This document shows, in pieces, positions 10,300 through 19,518 of a DNA stretch of 53,769 nt; within the stretch, counting starts at the first letter, position 1; the number at the start of each line of letters is the position of its first letter. The notes under the pieces were generated by a model. The model was given only the letters and a program-made list of their open reading frames with translations. It searched no databases and was not told the origin of the DNA. A program made the translations under genes and the position numbers. Source of the stretch: Promethearchaeota archaeon (GTDB lineage: Archaea > Asgardarchaeota > Lokiarchaeia > Sigyniarchaeales > SOKP01); NCBI GenBank assembly GCA_029838195.1, contig JALGVJ010000025.1, positions 1-53,769 on the forward strand. The letters run 5' to 3'.

Positions 10300-11343
10300 A
10301 TGAATAAGGGAGAATCAAGCCCATCACTCGCGATTTTTGAAGACAATCTATTCACGTGGGTAGATTCCTTTAAAATACCGGCTCAAGCAAGCTGTTATTC
10401 GGTCATTCGTTCCAAAAAGAAGCCTTCGTTGTATGGAATCACGGATATGGTATTTAATCTTTCGATACCGCAACGATTAGAAGAATATTTTTCCTCGTAT
10501 CGGGAAGAAAACAAGGAAGAGTGGGTTTCTCACATTCAATCTTATCAAGATCCTAAAACGGGCTGGTTCAAGGAAGGAGTATTCAATTACGGTTTTCATT
10601 TTAAAGAGCACAGTACGGCATTCGCCATCTCGGCCTTGCACTTGTTAGGAGGACGGCCTGTTTTTCCCCTGCGGCTTGCTAAAAAACTCAATACACGCAA
10701 GAAAGTCGAGAAATGGCTAAAAAAAACGCCCGAATGGGGGTTATTATATTGGCCGGGCTCGCATAAGGGGGGTGGGGTGGCAGCAATCTTTGCTACGTTA
10801 GGCCCCGAGTTTCATCCTCATGAAAATTTTTTCGAGTGGTATTTTGACTGGTTAGATGCCCGAGCAGATCCGGATATTGGTTTTTGGAGGTTGGGCTGGA
10901 TTCATAGGATAAACAAGAACAGGTTGACGATACAAGAATTAGGAGGTGCCGTGCATTATTATTGGGTGTATGAATTCATGGGGCATCCCTTTCCTCATCC
11001 TGAAAAAATCATTGATGCCACCTTATCATTACAAAATGACCTTGGATTATGGGATGGAGAAGTATCATATTGCATCGATTTAGATGCCATGTTTTGCCTT
11101 TTGAGAAGTTGCAAGCAAGCGGGAGGGTATCGAAAAGAGGATATTCAAAAAGCTGTAAAAAAATATTTAAGACATGTGATCCCAACATTAAATGATAAGA
11201 GATTCTTATTTGAGCAATATACCAGCGCTCATAAATTAACCGGATGTTTGGAGGCAATTGCGGAAATTCAAAAACATTATCCGCGGCTGGTGGAGACGCG
11301 GGTTCCTTGGCAAGAAACGTTAGACATTACGCCTTGGATTTGA
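10300..11343 (+). CDS. Hypothetical protein, probable (alpha/alpha)-barrel with prenyltransferase/squalene-cyclase-like repeats
   Basis: Repeated motifs YQDPKTGWF, ADPDIGFW, LQNDLGLW. ATG 10300 preferred over TTG 10234. Confidence 0.5.
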   Translation: MNKGESSPSLAIFEDNLFTWVDSFKIPAQASCYSVIRSKKKPSLYGITDMVFNLSIPQRLEEYFSSYREENKEEWVSHIQSYQDPKTGWFKEGVFNYGFHFKEHSTAFAISALHLLGGRPVFPLRLAKKLNTRKKVEKWLKKTPEWGLLYWPGSHKGGGVAAIFATLGPEFHPHENFFEWYFDWLDARADPDIGFWRLGWIHRINKNRLTIQELGGAVHYYWVYEFMGHPFPHPEKIIDATLSLQNDLGLWDGEVSYCIDLDAMFCLLRSCKQAGGYRKEDIQKAVKKYLRHVIPTLNDKRFLFEQYTSAHKLTGCLEAIAEIQKHYPRLVETRVPWQETLDITPWI

Positions 11344-11458
11344 TTTTCATCAAGAATTATCATGTTAATAATCATGCTTTAAAATTTACTTTCGTTAATG
11401 AGGAGTAATTATCAGTCTCTTATCATTTTTAAAAAAAAGAAATGATGTAATTCATATC

Positions 11459-14368
11459 ATGTCCATGGATGAACATAGTCTCGCCGGGATTGATAGTAAG
11501 AAATTGACTCCTATGATGCAGCATTGGTATCACGTGCGTAAAAAATATCCTGAAGAATATTTAATCGCATACCGCATGGGCGATTTCTTCGAATTTTTTT
11601 ATGAAGATGCCGAGCGAGTGAGTAAATTATTAGGAATCACGCTAACCAAGCGAAAAGTAGGAAATGAGTCATATCCGCTAGCGGGCATTCCTCACCATTC
11701 CGGCAATTATTTGATTAATTTGGTAAACATGGGCCAGACCGTCGTGGTGGTGGACCAATTAGAAGATCCCGCAACGGTTAAGGGGCGAATAATTAAACGA
11801 GGCGTGGTTAAAATTTTGTCTCCTGGCACGATCATGGATTCAGAAATGATAAGATCGAACGAAAACAATTATATTGCAGCCATCGTAAAGGAAAAGAGAG
11901 GCTATGGCGTGGCATTTGCTGATTTAACCACGGGAGAATTCTTGAGTGCCGAGTATTCAGCAAAACTGAGAGATCCCATGGAAAAACTATTGAGTGTTTT
12001 TTCTCAACATGACCCCGTGGAATTAATCATTCCTTCGAAATTAAAAAATGATGAAAATTTATTAATTTTTTTAAAGGATTTAATGGACGCTCTAATTAAA
12101 CCTCATCCGGATCATTGCTTTACTTTGGAGGAAGCCCGGACAACAATTATGAGGCAGTTTAATCTTTCTAACTTGGAAGGGTTTGGATTAGAAGGGCATC
12201 CGCTTGCCATTCAAGCTGCGGGAGGGCTATTAGCGTTCTTGAAAGAAACCCAGAGAGACACGCTTCCGAACATTTTTAAGATAACGTTAATTCAAGAGGA
12301 AGGAATCCTTCATTTGGATTACATTACTCAGCAAAATCTTGAGCTCACCAAATCCTTATGGGAGCGGGGGAAAGACGTCACGTTATATTCGATATTTAAT
12401 TGTACGCACACTCCCATGGGAGGACGTTTGTTAAAGAAAATCATTTTAAAACCCTTAACGGACATTGAAGAGATAAACTATCGACTCAATATCGTGGAAA
12501 AATTCAAACAAGATATTTTCCTCCGCTCAGATTTACGTGAAAAATTGAAGGAACTGGGAGATCTTGAAAGATTTATAAATCGGATAAATTATTCGGGCAC
12601 GTGTAATGCCCGGGATTTGAATAATCTCAAGAATGCTCTGGGAAAAATCCCCGAAATAAAAAAATGTTTGAAAAAAGCAGCAATTCCGGAAATTTCAAAA
12701 TTTTTATCAAGAATTTCCGAGTTTGAGGAAGTTCGGCGCTTAATAGAAGAAGCTATAGAAGAAAATCCTCCTCCTACCGTGAAAGAAGGAAACATCATCA
12801 GATCGGGATATGATGAGCGAATAGATGAGTTAAGAGACATTCTTCATAATGGAAAAAAATATATTTTGGAATATGAACGAGCTCAGAAAAAACGATGGAA
12901 TCTAACATCAGGCTTGAAAGTGGGACATAATAATATTTTAGGGTATTACATTGAAATTACAAAAAGAACGCTTCAGTTCATTCCTAATATTCCTCCCGAT
13001 TACGTCGAGCGGCAGACATTAAAAAATGCAAAGCGCTTCACGACCGCCGAGCTGAAAAAATTAGAGGAAAAAATCATCGAAGCAGAAGAGAAGATTTATG
13101 ATTTAGAATATGAGCTGTTTTGTAAAGTAAGAGAAAAAGCAATGGAAAACACGCCGGTGATTTTAGAAACTGCCAGGAGCATGGCAATGATAGACGTGTT
13201 ATCCTCTTTTGCGGAGATAGCGGAAAATTACAATTACTGTAGGCCCGTCATTAATGATGATGACAAAATAATCATTAAAGAGGGACGGCATCCCGTTATT
13301 GAACAAATAAACTACATGGAACCGTTCATTCCTAATGATTGTTATTTAGATACAGAAAAAGAGCAAGTCCTCATCATTACGGGACCCAACATGGCAGGTA
13401 AATCCACGTATTTGCGTCAAGTGGCCTTAATTTGCTTAATGGCTCAAATGGGAAGTTTTGTTCCTGCTTCCTCTGCCACCATTGGAATAATTGACCAGAT
13501 CTTCACGAGAATTGGCGCTTCAGATGATTTGGCCCGCAAATTAAGCACCTTCATGATCGAAATGACAGAAACCGCAAAAATCCTTAATTATGCCACGACA
13601 AAAAGCTTGGTCATCATCGATGAACTGGGAAGAGGGACAAGCACGAGTGACGGGCAGAGCATCGCAATGGCAACTCTGGAAAAACTTCATGAAATGCAGG
13701 TCAAAACACTTTTCAGCACGCATTATCATCAGCTTACTGAAATCAACTTGCCACGCGTCAAGAATTATCATCTAGATATCATTGAAAATGAAGATGGAAG
13801 CATTAATTTTGTCCGAAAATTGAAACCGGGAAGCACGGATAAATCGTATGGAATTCATGTCGCTCGTGTTGCTGGCCTTCCCGATGATGTCATCATTCGA
13901 GCCTTTGCCATTTTAGAAGAGATAGAAAACCACGATCCCTTTATAAAAACCGTGCGAAATCATGATAATGAAAAACATGAGGAACAAGCCCTTGATAAGG
14001 TAATCTCAAGTAAGAAAAAAACCCTTGAAGCCCTAAATGAAAAATTAAATGCAATCAAAAAACAAATTTCTAAGCACGAAGAAGAATTGGAGCGAAAAAA
14101 TGCCTTGATCAAGGAAAAAGAGAATAAGATTCGAGAATTAGAATTGAAAAGCGAAGAACTCGTTCAAAAACTCTCCAAAAAGCCATCCTCTAAAAAAAAA
14201 TTCGTGCAAACCTCATTTTTTAAACCCATCATAAAATCAGAAGTAAAACTTGATGCTAATATAAAACAAGTGGTTGAAATCCTCAAAAATCTTGACATTG
14301 AAAATCTTACCCCTGTAGAAGCAATGAAAGCAGTGATTAAGTTAAAAGAAAAATTAGAAGAAAAATGA
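11459..14368 (+). CDS. mutS: DNA mismatch repair protein MutS (MutS1)
   Basis: TPMM, RMGDFFEFF mismatch-binding motif, TGPNMAGKST, STFMIEM, DELGRGTS, SYGIHVA. Confidence 0.98.
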   Translation: MSMDEHSLAGIDSKKLTPMMQHWYHVRKKYPEEYLIAYRMGDFFEFFYEDAERVSKLLGITLTKRKVGNESYPLAGIPHHSGNYLINLVNMGQTVVVVDQLEDPATVKGRIIKRGVVKILSPGTIMDSEMIRSNENNYIAAIVKEKRGYGVAFADLTTGEFLSAEYSAKLRDPMEKLLSVFSQHDPVELIIPSKLKNDENLLIFLKDLMDALIKPHPDHCFTLEEARTTIMRQFNLSNLEGFGLEGHPLAIQAAGGLLAFLKETQRDTLPNIFKITLIQEEGILHLDYITQQNLELTKSLWERGKDVTLYSIFNCTHTPMGGRLLKKIILKPLTDIEEINYRLNIVEKFKQDIFLRSDLREKLKELGDLERFINRINYSGTCNARDLNNLKNALGKIPEIKKCLKKAAIPEISKFLSRISEFEEVRRLIEEAIEENPPPTVKEGNIIRSGYDERIDELRDILHNGKKYILEYERAQKKRWNLTSGLKVGHNNILGYYIEITKRTLQFIPNIPPDYVERQTLKNAKRFTTAELKKLEEKIIEAEEKIYDLEYELFCKVREKAMENTPVILETARSMAMIDVLSSFAEIAENYNYCRPVINDDDKIIIKEGRHPVIEQINYMEPFIPNDCYLDTEKEQVLIITGPNMAGKSTYLRQVALICLMAQMGSFVPASSATIGIIDQIFTRIGASDDLARKLSTFMIEMTETAKILNYATTKSLVIIDELGRGTSTSDGQSIAMATLEKLHEMQVKTLFSTHYHQLTEINLPRVKNYHLDIIENEDGSINFVRKLKPGSTDKSYGIHVARVAGLPDDVIIRAFAILEEIENHDPFIKTVRNHDNEKHEEQALDKVISSKKKTLEALNEKLNAIKKQISKHEEELERKNALIKEKENKIRELELKSEELVQKLSKKPSSKKKFVQTSFFKPIIKSEVKLDANIKQVVEILKNLDIENLTPVEAMKAVIKLKEKLEEK

Positions 14369-14465
14369 GACCCTCATTATTTTCACGCTTTACAAATATT
14401 AAAACCAAATATTTCTTTTTTAATTCCAATTAGTAAGAAACAACAAAAATGAGAGCGAGTTTTTC

Positions 14466-15209
14466 ATGAAAATTTCCATTCTTTCCACGAAAAGGGAAGC
14501 TGGCAAGGTAGCAGCTAAGAAAGCAGAAGAATTGTTTTTACGGGTTTTAAATGATAAAAAAACCGCACGTTTCGTGGCTGCCACGGGGTCCTCCCAATTT
14601 GATTTCTTACGGGAATTATGCGCTTTAACCACGATTCCTTGGGAGCGAACGGAAATGTTTCACTTGGATGAATATCTGGGCTTATCCGAAGATCATCCTG
14701 CAAGTTTTAGGTATTATTTGAAAGAACGGCTTGTCAATAAGATCCATCTTGGTACTGTCTATTTCATTCAAGGAGATGCTCCTGACCCGAAAAAGGAATG
14801 TGAGCGATTAAATCACCTTATCTCTCAACATCCCATTGATATTACCTTCTTGGGTATTGGAGAAAACGGACATCTTGCATTTAACGACCCGCCTGCTGAT
14901 TTTAACACGAAAGATCCCTATATAATCGTGAATTTAGATGAAAAATGCCGTCAACAGCAAGTCGGAGAAGGATGGTTTAAGAATTTAGAAGAAGTCCCGA
15001 CAAGGGCCATTTCAATGTCCATCACCCAAATTTTAAAATCCACGTTCATTATATGTATCGTTCCTGAGAAAAGGAAAGCCGAAGCCGTGCGGGATTGCCT
15101 ATCTCCTAAAGCGCCCATATCTCCATGGCATCCCGCTTCTATTTTAAAAACTCATCCTAATGCTTGGGTTTTTTTAGATGAGGAGTCTGCATCTCTCTTG
15201 GAAACGTGA
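14466..15209 (+). CDS. nagB: Glucosamine-6-phosphate deaminase (NagB family)
   Basis: ATGSS, FHLDEY, GIGENGHLAFNDP, PASIL..HP. Confidence 0.9.
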   Translation: MKISILSTKREAGKVAAKKAEELFLRVLNDKKTARFVAATGSSQFDFLRELCALTTIPWERTEMFHLDEYLGLSEDHPASFRYYLKERLVNKIHLGTVYFIQGDAPDPKKECERLNHLISQHPIDITFLGIGENGHLAFNDPPADFNTKDPYIIVNLDEKCRQQQVGEGWFKNLEEVPTRAISMSITQILKSTFIICIVPEKRKAEAVRDCLSPKAPISPWHPASILKTHPNAWVFLDEESASLLET

Positions 15210-15385
15210 GCTTGTTCCCAATGCAATATTTCGATGAAAATTTGGGCCTTAACTCGATTACGTGTTTCATGAAATTTAGACCCTCCTTAATTATATATTA
15301 ATGCCAAGAAATATTTTTACAAGAAGATTAATTTATTTGATTTTTTATGATATAATGAATTCGTTTACTGAATTATCTCAATAAC

Positions 15386-17257
15386 ATGGAAAGAAAGAAA
15401 ATAAAAAAAATAGTTCATGCGGAAAAAATTGCAGCGGGAGAAGTAATTGAACGTCCTGCGAATGTGGTAAAGGAATTAATTGAAAATAGTATCGATGCGG
15501 GCGCCCGTGAGATTAAAATTTTGATCAAAAACGCCGGCAAAACGGTGATTGAAGTAATTGATGATGGCGTGGGCATTCCGCCTGAGGAAATGGAAATCGC
15601 CTTTCACCGTCATACAAGCAGTAAAATTCGTTCAATCAAAGATCTTGAATCTCTTCAGACATTAGGCTTTCGCGGAGAAGCCTTGGCAAGTATCGCCGCT
15701 ATCAGTAAAATTCAAATTACATCACGCACGGAAGAAAATGAGTTAGGAACGCAATTAATCTTGGAAGAGGGTAAAGTAATAGAAAAAAAAAGCGTTTCTT
15801 GCCCGCGTGGTACTGACATGAAAGTGTTAAACTTATTTTATAATATACCCGCTCGCAAGAAATTTCTTAAATCAAATAACACGGAATTAGGACATATCAC
15901 GGATATCGTTCAAAGATATGCCTTGGCAAATCCGGAATTGCATTTTTATTATGTCCATGATGACATGCAAATTCTCAATTGTCCCTTATCAAATGATTTG
16001 AAAACCACGGTATTTCATCTTTATGGAAAAAACATTGCTCGCGAAATGATTCCCTTTGAATATACCGACAAGGAGAAATTCATTTATCTCCACGGGTTAT
16101 TAGGATCCCCTAAAATTGCAAGAAAATCCCGGAAAGATTCCAGTATCTTCTTGAATAAACGGTATATCATCAGTGATATCGTGTTCAAGGCAGTACAAGA
16201 AGCTTATAAGGGCACGCTCATGGTAAATCGGCATCCCTTCTTCATTCTTTTTCTCGAAATAGATCCCTCCCATGTTGATTTCAACGTGCATCCCAAAAAG
16301 CTACTCGTGAGATTTGAAGACGAGGAATTAATTCATTCTAAAGTTCATGAAGGCGTCCGCCCATTCTTGAAAAAGCATTTCATGAGAGAAGAAAAAGTCT
16401 ATGTGTCCACGGAATTAAAAGAGTTCATGGGTACTGATTCTTCATCACCTAAATCAAACACCGAACATGCTATAGAAGAAATAGAATCTGGAAGCACGGT
16501 TATTAAGCAAGAAACCTCAATGGATTCCCTCAATCTTCCTCCCGAATCAATCCAAACCTCTTTATTAGATCACGTGAGAGGAGGGCTGACTCAGAAGAAA
16601 TCCAACTTGGAAACCCTTATTCGAGAGAAATATATCGTGGAGAAAAATTTTCCTCGCATTAAGCTCATTTCTCATACAGGCCAATTAAGTAATAAAAAGT
16701 ATATCCTCTTGGAAGGCATGAATCAAGAGGGAGAAGAGGGGTTCTTCATCCTTGATCAACACGCAGCCTCCGAAAGGATTACAAAGGAATATTTCTTAGA
16801 ATTATTAAAAAGCTCAAAAAAACAAAAACAAAAATTAATCGTTCCCTTGAAAATCGAAGTTTCTCCAAGCGAGAAATATTATCTGCTGGAGAATCTTTCT
16901 CAATTTCAGGAGCTAGGATTTACATTCGAACATTTCGGAGGTAATACCTTCATCTTGAGGGATGTACCCCTCGTTTTTGATAAGACCATTAATCCATCCA
17001 TCATTAAAGAAATCATAAGCGATATTACGGAAATCGGAAAAGAACATTCTTTTTCGGAGGTCAAGGAAGAAATCATCAATTATTTATCTTGTCATAGAAG
17101 TATTCGGGGAGGGGAGGATTTAGCCCTCAAGGATATTCATGAATTGCTCGTGAACCTGGCAAGGTGTAAAGATCCGTTCCATTGTGCCCACGGCAGACCG
17201 GTTTTGAAATTTATTTCCTTCAAGGAATTAGACAAGCTCTTCAAGAGAACCGGATGA
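15386..17257 (+). CDS. mutL: DNA mismatch repair endonuclease MutL
   Basis: IAAGEVIERP, KELIENSIDAG, GFRGEAL, endonuclease motif DQHAASERITKE, CHRS, CAHGRP. Confidence 0.98.
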   Translation: MERKKIKKIVHAEKIAAGEVIERPANVVKELIENSIDAGAREIKILIKNAGKTVIEVIDDGVGIPPEEMEIAFHRHTSSKIRSIKDLESLQTLGFRGEALASIAAISKIQITSRTEENELGTQLILEEGKVIEKKSVSCPRGTDMKVLNLFYNIPARKKFLKSNNTELGHITDIVQRYALANPELHFYYVHDDMQILNCPLSNDLKTTVFHLYGKNIAREMIPFEYTDKEKFIYLHGLLGSPKIARKSRKDSSIFLNKRYIISDIVFKAVQEAYKGTLMVNRHPFFILFLEIDPSHVDFNVHPKKLLVRFEDEELIHSKVHEGVRPFLKKHFMREEKVYVSTELKEFMGTDSSSPKSNTEHAIEEIESGSTVIKQETSMDSLNLPPESIQTSLLDHVRGGLTQKKSNLETLIREKYIVEKNFPRIKLISHTGQLSNKKYILLEGMNQEGEEGFFILDQHAASERITKEYFLELLKSSKKQKQKLIVPLKIEVSPSEKYYLLENLSQFQELGFTFEHFGGNTFILRDVPLVFDKTINPSIIKEIISDITEIGKEHSFSEVKEEIINYLSCHRSIRGGEDLALKDIHELLVNLARCKDPFHCAHGRPVLKFISFKELDKLFKRTG

Positions 17258-17441
17258 TGTGTAAAAGGACATGTTTTGACAAGAAATTTCGATGATTTAA
17301 AAAGGCTTAAATACTTAAATCCGTATTGAATGCTTGAAAAAGAAAAAATGAATCAAGAGGGGTTCTTAAATAACTGATACAATAAAACTAACTATAAAAT
17401 TCCGTTTGGATTTAGGTCTAAAAAGAAAAAGATATTTTTCT

Positions 17442-17717
17442 TTAAGCTTTAGAAAACGCTATTGCTTCTATCCCTTGTAATCCATCAATTTTTTGTAAAT
17501 CCTTTTCTATCCTATCCGTTCCACCCCATTCTTCGGGATATCTAATGCGAAGTCGTGCTTTTTTTAAACCAAAGGCTACGGGTATGATTTCATGTTGTTC
17601 TAAGACACAAGCTTCATCCAACACGCTTTTAACTTTCTCTATGAGAAGATCGAAATCAACTTCGGTCTCCTCAGGAATGATATCAATTAACGCTATAAAT
17701 TCTCCCATTTTTTCCAC
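17442..17717 (-). CDS. ef1b: Archaeal translation elongation factor 1-beta
   Basis: IIPEETEVD, PVAFGLK, GGTDRIE; directly downstream of the zinc-finger gene. The start may be ATG 17708. Confidence 0.92.
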   Translation of the reverse strand: MEKMGEFIALIDIIPEETEVDFDLLIEKVKSVLDEACVLEQHEIIPVAFGLKKARLRIRYPEEWGGTDRIEKDLQKIDGLQGIEAIAFSKA

Positions 17718-17764
17718 CTTCTTGAAACATGTAATTTTTTCGTCAATTTTTCTAGTAACTCATA

Positions 17765-17938
17765 TCACGGTCCTTCGAATTCACACTTTAAACATTTATA
17801 CGATTTTCCCATCAATCGACACTGCTCGCATCGCCATATTGTAACATCTCCGCAATTAGGACACGGAAAATGCACGGCACTCTCATATGGCGCAATCGGA
17901 CGGCCACAACAGAAACACGTGTTTTTCTTAAAAGACAT
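17765..17938 (-). CDS. Small archaeal zinc-finger protein (DUF1610/HVO_2753-like), 57 aa, not in ORF track
   Basis: Hand translation: MSFKKNTCFCCGRPIAPYESAVHFPCPNCGDVTIWRCEQCRLMGKSYKCLKCEFEGP*. Four CxxC motifs, FPCPNCG and terminal FEGP; upstream of aEF-1beta as in many archaea. Confidence 0.93.
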   Translation of the reverse strand: MSFKKNTCFCCGRPIAPYESAVHFPCPNCGDVTIWRCEQCRLMGKSYKCLKCEFEGP

Positions 17939-18150
17939 GGTTCTAACAATAATTATTTAAATCTTAACAATTAAAAGTCGGGATGCCTTTAATTTTTTTT
18001 GCCTCCTTTAAATCAATAAACTCATTAAACTTTATATTCATGTGTAACATGCATTATATATAGAATAAGTTATCATTATCAGTATCATTATTATGCTAAT
18101 TTGAAATAGATCTTTTTTTAAATAAAAATAAAAAATTATAGGGTTTTCTC

Positions 18151-18675
18151 ATGCCGGAAAATAAAGTAAAAAAATATTTCAATCTGGTGGAAATCTGGTC
18201 ATGGTGCGACATATGCAAGGAACACATTAATATCCGCGTGGATAAAAAAGAAATCCTTGAAGGACTTCAAATGGGAATTTATACAAAGGAATACCCCCAC
18301 GTAAACCCACATCCCGACCCTGACGATCTCGATGACCCCTCCGTCAATGAACACACGCTCTATGTTTATATTAACAAAGATTTTGACGTTACGGGGGTTA
18401 AAAGCTTTTTTGGCGACTCTCCCAGCTTGGATGAATTTAAACCTGCTACTCCAACGGAAGAAGTTAGAATTCCCATTGTCGTAAAAGACATTCCCGAGAT
18501 GTCCGTTCATTTAGGAATGCTAACGCAAGACGAGTACGTGGTGTTGAAAATCTGCGATGGAATGAATACCATTGAACAAGTGGCAGAAATCGCTCAAAAA
18601 AGCTTGGAAGAAATCGAAGCCATGATGGAAAAATTGAGAAAAAAAGGCTTGGTAAAAGTAATTAAGCGAGCTTGA
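18151..18675 (+). CDS. Hypothetical protein: N-terminal CxxC/His domain plus C-terminal winged HTH
   Basis: WCDIC...YPH...EH.LYVYI; C-terminal VLKICDGMNTIEQVAE...LRKKGLVK. Confidence 0.7.
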   Translation: MPENKVKKYFNLVEIWSWCDICKEHINIRVDKKEILEGLQMGIYTKEYPHVNPHPDPDDLDDPSVNEHTLYVYINKDFDVTGVKSFFGDSPSLDEFKPATPTEEVRIPIVVKDIPEMSVHLGMLTQDEYVVLKICDGMNTIEQVAEIAQKSLEEIEAMMEKLRKKGLVKVIKRA

Positions 18676-18804
18676 TCAAATAGAAAGCATGTTTAAATCA
18701 CTTGAAATACCTTTACTTCCAACCTTATTTTAGAAAAATCAGTCATGATGAAGGAAGTTTCCACATGTAAAGATCTTAATAACTCGGTATTTTTTCAAAA
18801 AAAT

Positions 18805-19455
18805 CTAAATTGGTTTAATGAGTTCTTTCCCTTTCTCAAAACCCATGTGGAGGGCTATAATGTTATGATCAGGCTCTCGCAACCATTCTTCAATTACCTC
18901 TTCGTAATGCTTTAGTTCGATAAAAGGCAATTTTCCCGTAGCAATGGCAAAACCTAACATGAGAAGGTTTACTTGCTGATTCGAATTAAAATGTTTTAAA
19001 GCTAACTCCGTCGCATTCAGCGTGTAGATTTCTTCCGAATAGTTCTTTAATTGATCTTTTATCTTTTCTAACGGAGGATATTCTTGCAAATCTGCTGTAA
19101 CAAGAATCGGGGGAATGGTGCGTTCGTTTAAAACAAATGTTGTTTTATCAGAAGCAAAAATCCCACGCCTTAACGCCTCCACGGGTTCGAGACAAACAAA
19201 AAGATCTGCATCCCCATGACTTATTAAAGGAGATTGCAAGTTTTTTCGCTCATCCTCACGTAATTTTTTTTGATACCGCGTGTGACTCATGATAGAGCCT
19301 TCCCGCTGCGCAAGTCCGTGCATTTCGCTTCCAAAAATCCGCTCCACACCTGCTTTCTGGGCGGCAAATTCAATCAAGCGCTTCAGAGTAATGACTCCTT
19401 GGCCTGCCGTACCAGCAATGACTAAATTAACGATATCGTGCTCATTTACCGTCAT
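18805..19455 (-). CDS. iorB: Indolepyruvate:ferredoxin oxidoreductase beta subunit
   Basis: AGTAGQGVI, SEMHGLAQREGS, LEPVEALR. GGAGGTG SD precedes ATG 19455. Confidence 0.92.
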   Translation of the reverse strand: MTVNEHDIVNLVIAGTAGQGVITLKRLIEFAAQKAGVERIFGSEMHGLAQREGSIMSHTRYQKKLREDERKNLQSPLISHGDADLFVCLEPVEALRRGIFASDKTTFVLNERTIPPILVTADLQEYPPLEKIKDQLKNYSEEIYTLNATELALKHFNSNQQVNLLMLGFAIATGKLPFIELKHYEEVIEEWLREPDHNIIALHMGFEKGKELIKPI

Positions 19456-19518
19456 GAGGTACACCTCCGCCTTTTTCTTGCATTTCGCTTGGAATTTATA
19501 ACTCCTTTAAAGAAACAG

